Source: Heteronotia binoei (lineage: Eukaryota). Taken from it: DNA of 64,000 nt. Positions 24,026-37,100 of this stretch are shown here, piece after piece. Position numbers and translations under genes: made by a program. Location of the stretch: assembly GCF_032191835.1 (NCBI RefSeq), contig NC_083223.1, positions 226,114,001 to 226,178,000 on the forward strand. The letters run 5' to 3'. The notes under the pieces are model-generated. The model was not told the origin of the DNA, made no database searches, and was given only the letters and a program-made list of their open reading frames with translations. How positions within the stretch are numbered: the stretch's first letter is position 1; each line of letters opens with the position of its first letter.

Positions 24026-24505
24026 TAGGACCTCTTTAGTTTTACTATTTTTTCTATTTGGTTGGAAGATACAAAGCCATAAATAGCCATAAATTTTGTG
24101 GGTAGTGGAGTCTGAAGGTGCACTGGAAAGGCTAGTGTGTCAATGAAAAAAAATCACGTGTTTAAAATGTGCACTTTATTAAGACAAATGCATTTGTTAT
24201 TTACTTAAGATGGATACATTTGTTATCTAACAAATTTTAAGCCCTCCACTTCAAGCAAATGTTAGAGGTTTTGCAGTACCCTTAAACCAGGAAGCAATTA
24301 CCTGAGGGCCGGTTAATGAGTTGGAGGCAATCAGTATAAATCAATATGGAGGCAAAAACACCACAGAATTTGAGCTGCCTGATCTAGTTACTGCAGCAGT
24401 AAATTAAAACATATGTTAGCATTTACAAGGTCTGCACAGAAGCAGGCAATGGCAAACCACCTCTGAATGTCTCTTGCTCTGAAAACCCTGCAGGGTTGTC
24501 ATAAG

Positions 24506-24702
24506 CAGAGCTTTTTTTGAGCAGGAACACACAGGAACGCAGTTCTGGCTGACTTGGCAGCGGGGGTGTGGCTTAATATGCAAATAAATTTCTGCTGGTC
24601 TTCTACCCAAAAAAGCCCTGTGCGAAACAATGGTGCTGTAAGGAGGTGTGGCCTAACATGAAAATGAGTTCCTGCTGGGCTTTTTCTACCAAAAAAGTCC
24701 TG
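24506..24702. mobile_element. hAT MITE (CAGGGCTTTTTT TIR) nested in a SINE 3' part
   Basis: Termini cagagcttttttt / aaaaaagtcctg. Perfect TSD gtcataag (24498-24505 and 24703-24710). Confidence 0.85.
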
Positions 24703-26952
24703 GTCATAAGTCAACTACGACTTGATGGCAAAGGAAAAATACTGTGGATGGGGGGGAAAAGGAAAAGTCAGAGAAAGAAAGGAAAGGTCAAAGAATGCAG
24801 CATGCGAGCAAGCTCAAGTGTGTTCCAGAAATACAGTCAGTTATCAGCCCTGTCCTGCTCTCTTATGGTTATAAGTATCTAGATTTTATAAGAATTTTTA
24901 AAACCTGCTTTATTTTAGTAAGTTACATGCTCTAAAGCTACTGAATGTGTTAGATGTGCTCAACTGTACTTGCCGGTGATGCTGGCACTCCATATGGCCC
25001 ATCCCTGGTTTCACAAATCAATTCACAGCAAACAGTTCTAGCACCATTTACTGAACTAACAGATTCTGGCAGGTCTTTGGACACAACTTCTGAGAACTAC
25101 AAAACTTCAGCGTTCTGATGCAGAAGAGAGATATGATGAACACCATGCAACTATTTTGTATGTTCAGTACACTAATGTGCCGTTTCCATGCAACAATGAC
25201 AGCCATTATTAGATATCATTACATATCCATTAATCAGGCAAACAGCTTGCCTGGAGTCTGGAGATGGCTTTAACTGTGATGAAGCATACAAATTACCAGT
25301 TGTAATACATACAACAATGGCCATCAGTGTATATCCTCTGTCATTACAGAGGAATGATCAAGTGAAAACATTCAAAGAACTGCAAGGAGGTGTCAAAGGT
25401 GATAATATGATCCTATATTGCAGGTCCTGACAAATAGTTTCCATTGCAGAAAGGAATGGAATGGAAACATTGCCAGCTGCCTCAAGTATGAACCTGCATG
25501 TGAATCAAGTTGCTCTATGTAAAACTCTTAGATGTGAAATCGTGTCAAGAAAACATACACAAAGTGTTGGCATTTCAAATACTAACTGAAACTTATCTTA
25601 GAGAGAAACAGCTTTTCTTCTGTGAGGTTCAGTGAAAGAAATCTAGCACTTATCTAGACACTAGTAACCCTCTCTACTAGCACACTGTCACACTGTATGG
25701 TCAAAATATGCTCATGTCATTAACATGATTTGAGATTGTAACTGCAAATGTGCTGATAACAGAAGCAAGAACATAAAAAGATAATCAGCATTATTTATTT
25801 TAATTCCCCAGGATGGCCCACCATGCCGATCAAAAAATCCACACAACGGGGCCACCCAGGTAAATGCTTCTCCTCTTTAATTAATCACCCCATCTCTCTG
25901 GGTGCTGTCCATGAGTTCACATAAAACAATAAACAGATTAAAATAAATAAAACAATTTAAATTAAAACCATTTTACAAACCCTGATGATGCCTTACTAAT
26001 TTAATTCTTATTCTGGACAGCCAGGCATCATATCGGTGGGGGGGGGGGAGAGGAGGGAAGACTCAGAGGTATGTAGAGTGAAGGTGCCAGTTGGGCAACT
26101 GTTGTTTGTCCTCATTCAAAAACCTGGAGAAACATCTCTGCCTTACAGGCCCTGCAGAATGGAATAAGATCCCACAGGGCCCTGTTGTCTGTCATCTGGC
26201 AGAGAGTTCCACCAAGTTGTCAAGGACAGCTGGACTGCTTTAGGGCTGGGGATCACTAGCAAATTATTGCCTGTAGAGTATAATGCTCTTCCAGGGACAT
26301 AACAGAGGAGATGGTACCGCAGTCAGTCCCAGACTGCTTAAGACTTTAAAGGTCATCACCAAAACCTTGAATCTAACTTGGTACTCAACCAGAAGCCAGT
26401 GTAGCTGGTGCAGCACAGGTTCTGCAAATCTAAACATTTAAAAAGGTCTGCGATTAACTTCCCCCCTATGAACAGTAACATCTGCACATACTTACAGGAA
26501 CCCAAATATAAGGTATCCAATATAAGATGGAGATATAGATGGAACCAGAATAGCCTATGGGGATGGGGAAAGCAGCACAGTAAACAAGGAGACTGGGAAG
26601 AAAAACAAAATAGTGGGAGTTTGAGTGGTGGTGAGGAGAAGAAATGTAGGGGATAAAAGACAGAAAGATGGGAGACAGAGCAGGCAGACAGAGCTGGAAG
26701 AAGAGAAGTAGGACAGGACATGAGATTTTCCCCACCTCTGAGTCTTCACAGGTCCTCAGTTTGTACTACTTTATCATTAACAGAAGTATTTTTTAATTAC
26801 ATGGACAGTACCTAAAATACATTTTTACATAAAATTTAAATATAAAAGATCTTTGCAGATTTTGAATTTAATCTATATTTGTACCTCTAATTTCCATGCC
26901 TATTTACCTCTGCACTTTTTTCTTTCAGATTTAGCTTTTTGCCACTGGACAA

Positions 26953-27042
26953 TCAATACTGCAGTTTGTTAAGTGAATCCAGGTAGCGAAGCGTAGCTCC
27001 CAGAGCCCAGCCAGTTTCAACATTGTTGATTTTTCGGGCAAG
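26953..27042 (-). CDS. ENTPD6: ENTPD6 coding exon 13 (terminal): [29 protein letters not shown]
   Basis: Acceptor atttcag|CTT, ACR5, and TGA at 26955-26953. Confidence 0.93.
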   Translation of the reverse strand, partial: LARKINNVETGWALGATLRYLDSLNKLQY

Positions 27043-30000
27043 CTGAAATATAAAGTAGACAAGAATGTTGGAAATGCATTAGTTCCTCATAGATGTTTCA
27101 AGCATATGTGTCTATCACTTGATTTCTCTGTATTTCATGACTGTGTGTGAAATGACCCCTTTATAAAAGCATTCTGTATGAACTGATATGGGAGTATTAT
27201 CTGTTGTGCTGGATACATGGCCCAGTTACACATGCAAGTCAGTCATTACTTGATTTTGCAGTCATCATGTGATGAACAGGTATTTATGAACTACCCTACT
27301 GTGCAAAATAAACCAGGGATTTTTTTTAACCTTCCTCAGACTCTCAGCTTTCATAATGGGTGTCACACAGCAGGGGACCAGGGAGGGATTCTACTGACTC
27401 ACATCACTCTGGTATGAGTCTGTCTGGGAGGGCCCAGAGCACCCATCCAAATCTTTGCCTTCCTTCTTAACAAAGCCTTTTTCTTTCTATGACCAAAGAG
27501 GCATGCAGACTCAGACAGTTTAACAATAACAACAGGTTTACTGTAAGTGCTCAAGAACAACAAGTGGGTAGTAAAATATTTAGTTGACAGTGAATATAGA
27601 AAATAGTAAAGGTTGGTATAAACAAATAAAAGCCCTGATGCAGCTAACTACACATTCCCTTTCTCTAATACCAAGAGACTTACCAGCCTTGGGTAAGGGC
27701 ACTCTCCTGCCACAGCCTTTCCAGAAACAACACTCCTCTCTCTGCAGCCTCTTCCCTCTCTAGCTGTCCTTTTACTGTTTTCTATGAGGGCCACCCCTCT
27801 GGGCCAGTTTCTTTCCAAAACTCCTGCCCACTCAATCAGAGGGATAGAAGAGATCCTGGGAAATGTAGGCCCTGTAACTACTCCTACACAAGCTTGCCTG
27901 GAGCCTGTAGACCTCACTAGGCCTAGGATCATGACAAATAACAGCATTTAGACATTGCAAAATTTTACACTGCATGGGCATAACCCAATAAGATCTTATA
28001 AACCAAAACAGCTCAGAATGAAGTACCAGAATAATCTGCCAGTTTTCATGATTACTTTGCCAATATCATTTGGATTTTAATCAGAGGTACAAGCACATAC
28101 AGGTTAGAACTAGGTACCTTTAGGCATTATTCTCTACTACCTGTCCTTCCTCAAGGTCCCCTGTCTGCCTCTTCCACTGTCCATAAGCAGAGACCTCCCC
28201 ATCTCTGCCCTTGTCACAAGATGCCAGTACATAGGTAATTCAAATAATGTCAGAATATTGCATAGGGAAAATACACTGCTTTATAGAGTTTGCAGGATTT
28301 AAATACGTTTTGTTGAACTTTCTTGGTGCAGGACCTTTATGCTTGTTTTCATACTGAGTACAGCAATAAAGAACAATTACCTTAAGAACATAGCTCTTTG
28401 GAAAGCCCAATTCTTGCAACAGCAAACTGACATAGATGAGATCCATGCAGAAGAATGGATACGCTCCTTGGTGTACCTCCATGTTACATGCTTCAGGAGA
28501 ACAAAAAAGGAAAAATCAAACAAACTGTAGATCATGTACTTAATAACAATAGTGGCTTGGGACATTTACTTCCTCCTTGGCAGGCAAAAGGCCCTCCACT
28601 GAACTACAACTTTGCCATCAACCTGCCTAGCTCATCTGAGGAAAGGAAAGAAGTAGGAAAGAAGGACCTACCATTCTTTGCAGCAGTTTCAAAGTCATTG
28701 ACAGTCATGGTCCCTCCTTCTTTATCTAGAAAGAAAAAGGCTATTTTGGTTAGGAAGTGACAAAGGGTGACAGTATAACAAGCTGCAGTTATATTACACA
28801 TTCATTCAAGTAGTACTTACAGAGTATCAGAATTCTTCAGCCTACTTCTCATTAAGGTATTTAACTCTGAGGCTGGGATGTACCACTACAGACTCTAGGT
28901 GAGGGAATCACATGGTTAAGAATCACATGGTTTCTCTGCACAGAGAAAATTAGCTTATCAGGAACAAGGCAAAGCTAGAACTCTCCTGCCTATTATTTGT
29001 TTTCCTACTCAGAGGGAATATTTCTTTTTATTAAAGTATATTCTATCATGTGAGCCTCTGCTAGCAGTCTGAAGAGGTACAGCCTACGCAGGTCTACTGC
29101 TTCAGTGAGAGTAAGTGTGGTGTAGTGATTTGAATGCTTGACTAACTTATCTGGAAGACCTTGGTTCAAATCCCCACTTTAGCACAAAGTGTGCTGGATA
29201 ATCTTGGACTAGTTATTCCCACTCAGCCTAAACTACCTCACAGGATTGTTGTGAAGGTAAAATGAGGGAAAGGGAGAACCACATACATCACTGAGTTCCC
29301 AAAGGGAATGACAAGATAAGAAGGTACAGACCAGGTCAGTTGGAATCAGTCTTTTTTCAAGGGCAGACACAGTTAATGAGGTTACTTGTAACAGATCTTG
29401 GGGTGTTCTTCTGGCAGTATTCCTTGCTGTTGCAGTGGTGACCATTCTATGCTATGACAAATCTTACTAAAGTTATACTGTGGTAAAGGAGCTTGGTAAA
29501 ATAGATAGCAACAGCAGACCTGCAGAAAAAAAAATAAAACCTGCCCATATGGCAGATTGCCTCTGTTATACCTAGACACTGTAGAGTACCATCAAGATAT
29601 CACTAGGAGAGACAACCACTCTGTACCACACTCACCACAAGTAGCAAGTTCTGTTTCTAATCATATGAGTTTTGCACTAATCATATTAGTTTTGTGTCAC
29701 TTTTTTAGCTATAGGGACCAGTAGAAGAATGGGGTTGGAGAAGAGGGAAGAAATAGCAAGGATCAAAAGCAAGTTTACCTATCAAACCAAGATCCGTAGC
29801 CAAGTCATAATAGTAGGAAATAGCATAAAATTCTAAGTCCTTTACTTCAAGTGTCTTGTGAATCTTCTGGCTGAATATTTTTGCTACTTCATCAAGACAG
29901 GATTCATAGAGAGGTTTTTCTAAAAGAAATCAAGGGGACCACCAGTAATAATTCAGTGTTAATAATAAAATTCAAGTATGTAAGAAGCATTTGGTATGTG

Positions 30001-31126
30001 CAAACAGTGAAGAAATTCAGATTACAATTCAAAATGGAAATGTGGCCAATAATGTTCAACAGATTGGCATGAAATCTGAATAAACTGCCCTTTCTAGAGT
30101 GCTGAAACAACCTACTACTGCATATAACAGGAGTGTCAAATTAATTTGTTATGAGGGCCGGATCTGATATAAATGAGATCTTGTTGGGCTGGGTCATGTC
30201 AGGTTGGGCCGGGCCATGTTGGGCGAGGCCATGTGTGTACTTATTTAAGATTAGGTAGCAGAGATATAAACTTTATAAAGCGCACAGACAAACACAATTA
30301 AACATATTTTTAAAAAAACTTAAAACATTAACACTTGCTGGTTTTAAAGGTGCTTTCTTTGTATTTCTTCCATGGGATCCAGGGGAACTGGGCAAAGGAA
30401 GCTCTGGTTCTTTCCTTCCTTCCCCAGGGGACTGCGGGGTGGGAAGGAGAGCCTTAGCCAATAGAAGGAAGAAAAGCTTGGCTCAGTAGCTCTGCTGTGC
30501 AATTAAGAGAGCCTAGAAAAACAAGCTCTGCCTCCCCCCTTCCTCTCCAAGGTAGGAGCTTCAACTAATGGAGAAAAATAGAGGTTTTGCTCTGTAACTC
30601 CTGTGCAACTGAGCAAAGCAAACTGTTATGCAAAAGGAAGCAAGATATAGGAAGAAGGAAGCAGATGTTAGCTAGTTGCTTGGGGGCCTGATTCAGCCCC
30701 CGAACTTCATGTTTGAACGCCTGGCAAATAAGTTAATTCTAATAGATGCACATTAACCCAACCACTTAACAATGATTGTGCAAATAAAGATACACTCCTT
30801 TACTGCCTAATTATACTTATTTAAAGATCCTTCTTTATATCACACAGAATCATGCAATTACAATATCAACGACCACCAGCTCATTATTTCAGTAACGAAG
30901 GCTTCTGACGTAATATAAGTCAAAAGTTAGTCCACACAGTCCCATTATAACATCTGTTGTTTCTAGAGCACTGAATGTCAGGCACCTTCAGTCAAAAGCT
31001 AGTGAAAGTGCTGGGAGCTCAGCAATTTCAAGAAGCAAGCTTGTTTAAGTTTTATACATTTAGCTGTAAGCTTAGAGCAATCCAAGCATGAAGAAAATTA
31101 TTCAAATGATTTGAAAACCATAATTC

Positions 31127-31182
<56 letters not shown>

Positions 31183-34100
31183 TGTATGTATTAGAATGCT
31201 TGTAATGTAACTGTGTGAATGTCTTTAAATTTCATAGTAATTATAGTCACAGTGACTGCATCGTGATTTATTTGGGTTAACTTTTTGTGACTTCTCTCTT
31301 GGTATATATACAAGAAAAAGCTAGCCTGAGACTTGTATAAATTATGCAAGTCAAGCCTAGTATTCAACTTCTGCAAGAAAGACAAGCCAGAACTACAGCA
31401 GGAGACTGTCTCATTCTCAAATGTCTACCATTTCCCATACACTTTCAAGCATCTCCTTATACCACAAGATCCAGAACTTTGCTTCTAAATGTTATAACAC
31501 GCCCCCCCCCAGACTATGTAGATTGTTCATACACACAGTCTTCCTGACCATAGGAAAGAGAATTTGTAGGAACTGTTTCAATGATGAAATCCCTCTCATT
31601 GCCATTTTAAAATATTATCATACCCCTATTTACAGAATCTCAAGTTAATGGAAATACCAAAGGAAAATTAATAATACCAAATTACGAGGCAATCAGGTTA
31701 CTATACCTGCCTTCTGCCCTTTAATTTTGTACAGAATCTTGGCATGCTCCCATTCACCCTGAAAATTAGGTGATGAACAGGGACTTGTCAATTCTTCATC
31801 TTCCTTTACTGTAACAGGAATAAAGGCACTGAGACAAAAGCAAAGAAATCACATGGGAACCCTGTATCTGACTGTTACTGACTTATCCTAAAAGCCCTTC
31901 AAGTCCTTTTATCTATATGCTTGCTTTAAGCAGCAGAGACAGCCTTCCCCTAGATTCCCTTATTTACTCAAATGAGAAGTGGGCATGGAATAAGGCACTT
32001 TCAATGATAGCACTTACATGCCCTACCAACAGAAATTATATGCTTTCAAGCATCTCCTTACACCATAAGATCCAGAACTTTGCTTCTAAATGTTATAACA
32101 CGCCCCCCCCCCCCCCAGTTATGTAGATTGTTCATACTACACACAGTTTTTTATGTTTTGCCACCAAGTGTAGTGTTTGTTTAGTAGGGCTTTCTCTAGT
32201 TGTTTGCATTATGTTGTTTTGGCAATGATTCTGCTTAAATTATACGGTGTAAATGTTTGTCTTTTGTTATTCTTATAAGCTAAACTGGATGACTGCTGAT
32301 TAGTTTGATATTTACTTGGAAGTTACATGTTATGGTTTTAATAGACAATACAATCCACACATTTTATAAACAGGAACATTACCAATGGTGTGTGGGGGAA
32401 AGCTTCAAAAGTTGTATTTGGGATGTATTCACTACTCCATACCAGATTCCAGTATATCATAGGGCAGAAAAATATATCATAAATATGTTTTGGTGGCTAA
32501 AATGGATAAGTTTTACAGCTTTCAAAGCCTACAAATTTTTACATGAGTTGGAATTATTTTTTTAGATCTCTCCCACCACCCTTTAAGTATATTTAAAAAC
32601 TCATAATATGTAATAATTGCAATAACCTAGGCAAACTAATGGAAGCTAAGAAGTGCTGGCCCTGGCTAATATTTGAATGGGAGTCCTCCAAGGACACCAG
32701 GGTCATTACCCCCCAATAAAATAACTCACACCAGTTCTGAATAATTTTACAGGTTATTATGAGTGTATCTCTCCAGAGCATTAAGCAATGCTTCCCTGTA
32801 TACTTAATTTCTGGAAAACCTCATGGGGTATTTCCCCCTTCCCATATGTTTACACTGTTGCTTTTTCTGAGGATGTTTTATACTCTAGGTGCTTTTTATT
32901 TACAGAAAGAAAACTGGCCATGGTAAATGGCTGTGCAGCATCAACACTGTTTACTGACATGCAGGTGACATTTTTCTTCCAAGGGAAAAAAGTTACTTTA
33001 AATGCATTCTTTTAAAAAAGTATCACCAGACAGGTCCTCTTTAACCAGGGGGTAAGCAATTATATTTCTTAGGGTTTGTAGAGTCTTTCGGGATCAAGTG
33101 CCGTGTTCTATATTTCTTATTTCAGCATATGTTACATCTAGCTCTAACCTCAATCCCTCAGGCTAAGGACTGCAAGAAGCTCAGAAACACAAAACAAGAT
33201 CCCCATCAAAAAGATAAAAGTAAAATCTCTAAGACTGAAAAATACTTACAGGCTTGCCCCTGAACAACTCCTAACAGTGAAAATCTTGCCGCTATTAATC
33301 CAAGGCCCAAGTAACTGGAGAAGCAGGAAAACAGAAAATCAAAAATCATATTCTGATGGTAATGCAATAAATTGTTATTGAATTTGGTAACTTATGTCTA
33401 TTTAGAGATTTAAAATGTATGGAAATTTTGAAGCCATGAGAACCCCCGCCCCCAGCAATAACTCAAAAATAGATATTTGGGAGGGAAACTCAAATATATA
33501 CAATCAGGACCTTTTTTTGAGCTGAAATGCACTGGAACACCGTTCTGGCTGGACCGGGCAGCGTTCCAGCTTGGCCTCATCGACTTCCCCCACTGCCTGG
33601 CAGGGTTTAGGGAGGCCAGCCACGCTTGCGTGGGGACCTCCCGATGTCCAGGTGTCTGGTGGGACTTGGGGAGGCCTGCCGTGCTTGTGCGGGGCCTCCC
33701 AACGTCGCACTCTCTGACGGGGCTTGGAAAGGCCTGCCATGCTTGTGCGGGGGCCTCCCAATGTTGCGCTATCCAGTGGGGCTTGGGGAGGCCTGCCATG
33801 CTTGAGCAGGGGGCCTCCTGACGTCATGTTGGCCGGCGGGGTTTGGGGAGGCCTGCCGCGCTTCTGCTGGGGCCTCCTGACGTCGCACTGTCTGGCAGGA
33901 TTTGGGGAGGCCTGCCGCACTTTTGCTGGGGCCTCCCGATGTCATGCTGTCCGGCGGGGCTCAGAGAGGCCTGCTGCACTTCGGCGGGGCCTCCCAACGT
34001 CCAGCTGGCCGGCGGGGCTCGAGGGGCCAAGCTACAGAGCTCGGGCTTTGTGGGAGTCAGCACTTTTACAGGTGAATTGCTTGGATCCCCTTTCCTTCAG

Positions 34101-37100
34101 TCTCTTTTTCCTTTCTTTTCTCTTTCTTGCTTGCTTTCCCCCCTCCTTTCTTTCACTTCTTCCCACCCTTTTCCTTTCTTCCTATTTCATTTCTCTTTCC
34201 TTTTTTCCCTATTTGTTTCCAACTGTCTCCCCCTCCCTCCCTCCCTTTCATTCATTCATTGTTTCTTTCTTTTTGTCAGTCTTTCTTTCCAACTCTCTCC
34301 CCCTTTCATTCATTCATTTTCTTTCTGTTAGTCCCTTTCATTCATTCATTCATTCATTCTTTATTTCTTTCTTTTTGGCAGTGTTCTTTCTTTCTCCCCC
34401 TTTTCATGCATTCTTTTTCTTTCTCTCAGTCTTTCTTTTTCTCTGTCTATTTGCTTTATTTTCCGCTCCCTCACTCTTTCTGTCAATATTTCTTTTTCCG
34501 TTTGTCTTATTTCCTACTAGCTCCTCCCTCTCTCCCTCTCCTTTCTTTTCAACTCTCTCCCCCCTTTTATTAATTAAGTCAGTCTTTTCTCCTGTTTGCT
34601 TTATTTCTCTTTCTTTAAGCACTACACCATGGCTGGGTCTGCAGTAGTGTGTTGGAATTTGATTTTTTTCTCTGGGAATGGTATATATTTATGGCTTTAT
34701 ATATATGTGTGGATATATATTTCTGAACCTTTTCCAATGCTAGAATATCATTTTTGAGGTGTGATGACCAGAATTGTTACCACATCCCAAAAAAGACATT
34801 GTACACTTTTGGTGATGTCAGAGGTGTGGCCTAGTATGCATATGATGGAGATGTCAGAGGCGTGGCATACTATGCAAATGATGGTGATGTCAGAGGCATG
34901 GCCTCACATACTAATGAGTTCCTGCTGGGCTTTTTCTACAAAAAAAGCCCTGTATACAATACTTACTGTTCTATCAAACCTAAATTAATGTTATTGTTTT
35001 AGCAACATAAAATAAATCATTTATTACTTAGTTTTCATATACAATTGCAATATCTGACATGAGCTTTAAAAGTTATAGAAAACTGCAAATATACCCAAGT
35101 AATTGAGAGAAAACTATGCTGGGGCATGCTATGCTGTCTTAGCATATGTATCTTAATTTTTGCTATCTGGTAACAGAGCGCTCAGTTCAATGAAACTTTC
35201 AGAATTTTTCCATTGAGGCTTTGGTGCAGTTTCTACTCTGCCTCCTTCTGATCTCACCCTCCCCTCCCCTCCCCAAGTAAAGTAGGGCAATAAGCTACTA
35301 GTTATCCAGTCTGTGGCTATATCTATCAGAGTGGGAGAGGTGAAAAGGTCAACCACAAGGAAGGAGTCAAATCAGGACAAAGCATTTAGCCTTTGACAAA
35401 AAATGCCAGCCCTACATGTTCTCCTTGTGAAGATTATATCCTTCTAGGTGCAGAAATGTATTTTGAATTTAAGAGCTGTATATGTCTACAGCATGCCCAC
35501 CGTGTCTTTAAAACATTTTACTGGTTCTAAAAGAGAAAATATGTCACAGATTTTTTTTTTTAATTACACACCAAAATCTCCACATTTTCCTTTTTTTTTT
35601 TTAAGGCAAGGTCCTGGAGATGGAATGTTCCCACCTCTCCGATTTTTACATCCCCCCACCCCAGGTTTTCACATCTCTACTTCTGCCCATGATAGTCACA
35701 AACCTGTTAAATATCCACTTCACAGTGTATGAGAAAGCTGGTCTATACATAACTGACTTGCTTTCACACCTTGTGATTTAAGGAAAAGTAGCAGGATGAG
35801 ATATCGAATTATAAACTTGTAGTGAAATGTGCTCTGGGTTTTTTTCCTCATCATGCAATTGTCACCTTCTTGTACGTTTGCAAAATACAGGCTGCATGAA
35901 ATTGGTACTAGACATTATGATACTAAGCCAGTTAGGGGCTAAATATAAAGCATCAGAGTACACCTAGGGCTTACTGGTATAAAGTTGTCCTGGCCTTCAG
36001 AAGAAAGAAAAGCTGTTGAGGCAAGTTTATTGCATTTGGCAGTCTCTTCTGCATTATTTCCAAAGCATTTTTATTATAATAATCATCATATCATGCCCTT
36101 GAACTAGAAAGAATTAGAAACAGGAAATACAGGACATACATTCTAACACACATGTGCACAGGAACACCCTGTGAATTTAAATTCTACTGGACTGATTCTG
36201 CTGTACAGTCGCTCCACCCCTGAGTTTCTGCTTTCCTCATATCAAACAGTCGATTCTCCGCCAGTTGCTGTGCAGCTCCCTCTAGTCCCGCCCCCTTCTT
36301 CCTGTGAAGGAATTGGAGGGAGCCATGGGTAAAAATGCAGCTATGCAGCAACTGATAGGAAATCAATTGCCTGATCCAGGGAAAGCAGAAGCATGGGGGT
36401 GGAGCAATTGCTACTGTGGAATCAGTCCTAATGTTTCAAAGTCTCTGCACTTGAAGAAGGAAGTCTGAAAGGGCATCCATAGTCCCCAGTTCAGCAGTAC
36501 TAGATAATATTTTGGAATGAAAACCTTGATCCAGGAATGGGAATCTCCAGCCCCTGTTCAGGAGAACAGAGGGCTGGATTCAGATCTCCACACTGTCCCT
36601 CTACCTGAACAAATGACTATTCCAGCCCTAGCTCATCAATCAGGTTTTTCAGTCCAATTGTATGTAAGTTTCTTAAACTAAGTGCAAAAGCCTGCTTTGG
36701 TGCATAAGTGGCCCCTGTTGAATCAGGATGACTACATTCAGATGCCTCGCTTAGGCATGGTAAAGTAAAAACATGCACAAACTCTGCCTATTGCCAGATT
36801 CATTAATACCTGTCCCTTCTCATCCTCCTCACACAGAGTATCACAGTTAAAAACTAGTGCTGGTTGCTGATGAATCAATGAAAAGCAGTTAACCCTGTAA
36901 TTTTCTCCACACCTATGCTGGATTATACTAGTATAGAATATCCCCAGACTTGTTAAAGTGTAGTTGTTTTCTAATTTGAGGTAAATTCCTTTCCACAACT
37001 AACCTGTGAGAATACAGTTTGTACATCTGGTTAAATATCTGAAATGAAATGATGTCACTAGCAGATGTCTCCTCCAGAGTTGTCTGTAAAGGAAAATAGA

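Noticed and set aside
27648-27947. 99-aa ORF
   Set aside because: It lies in the LTR-like block and has no gag/pol/env motifs.
33724-34647. 307-aa ORF and neighbouring ORFs
   Set aside because: These are translations of a minisatellite and a CT-rich tract inside a non-autonomous hAT (F/S/L-rich low complexity).
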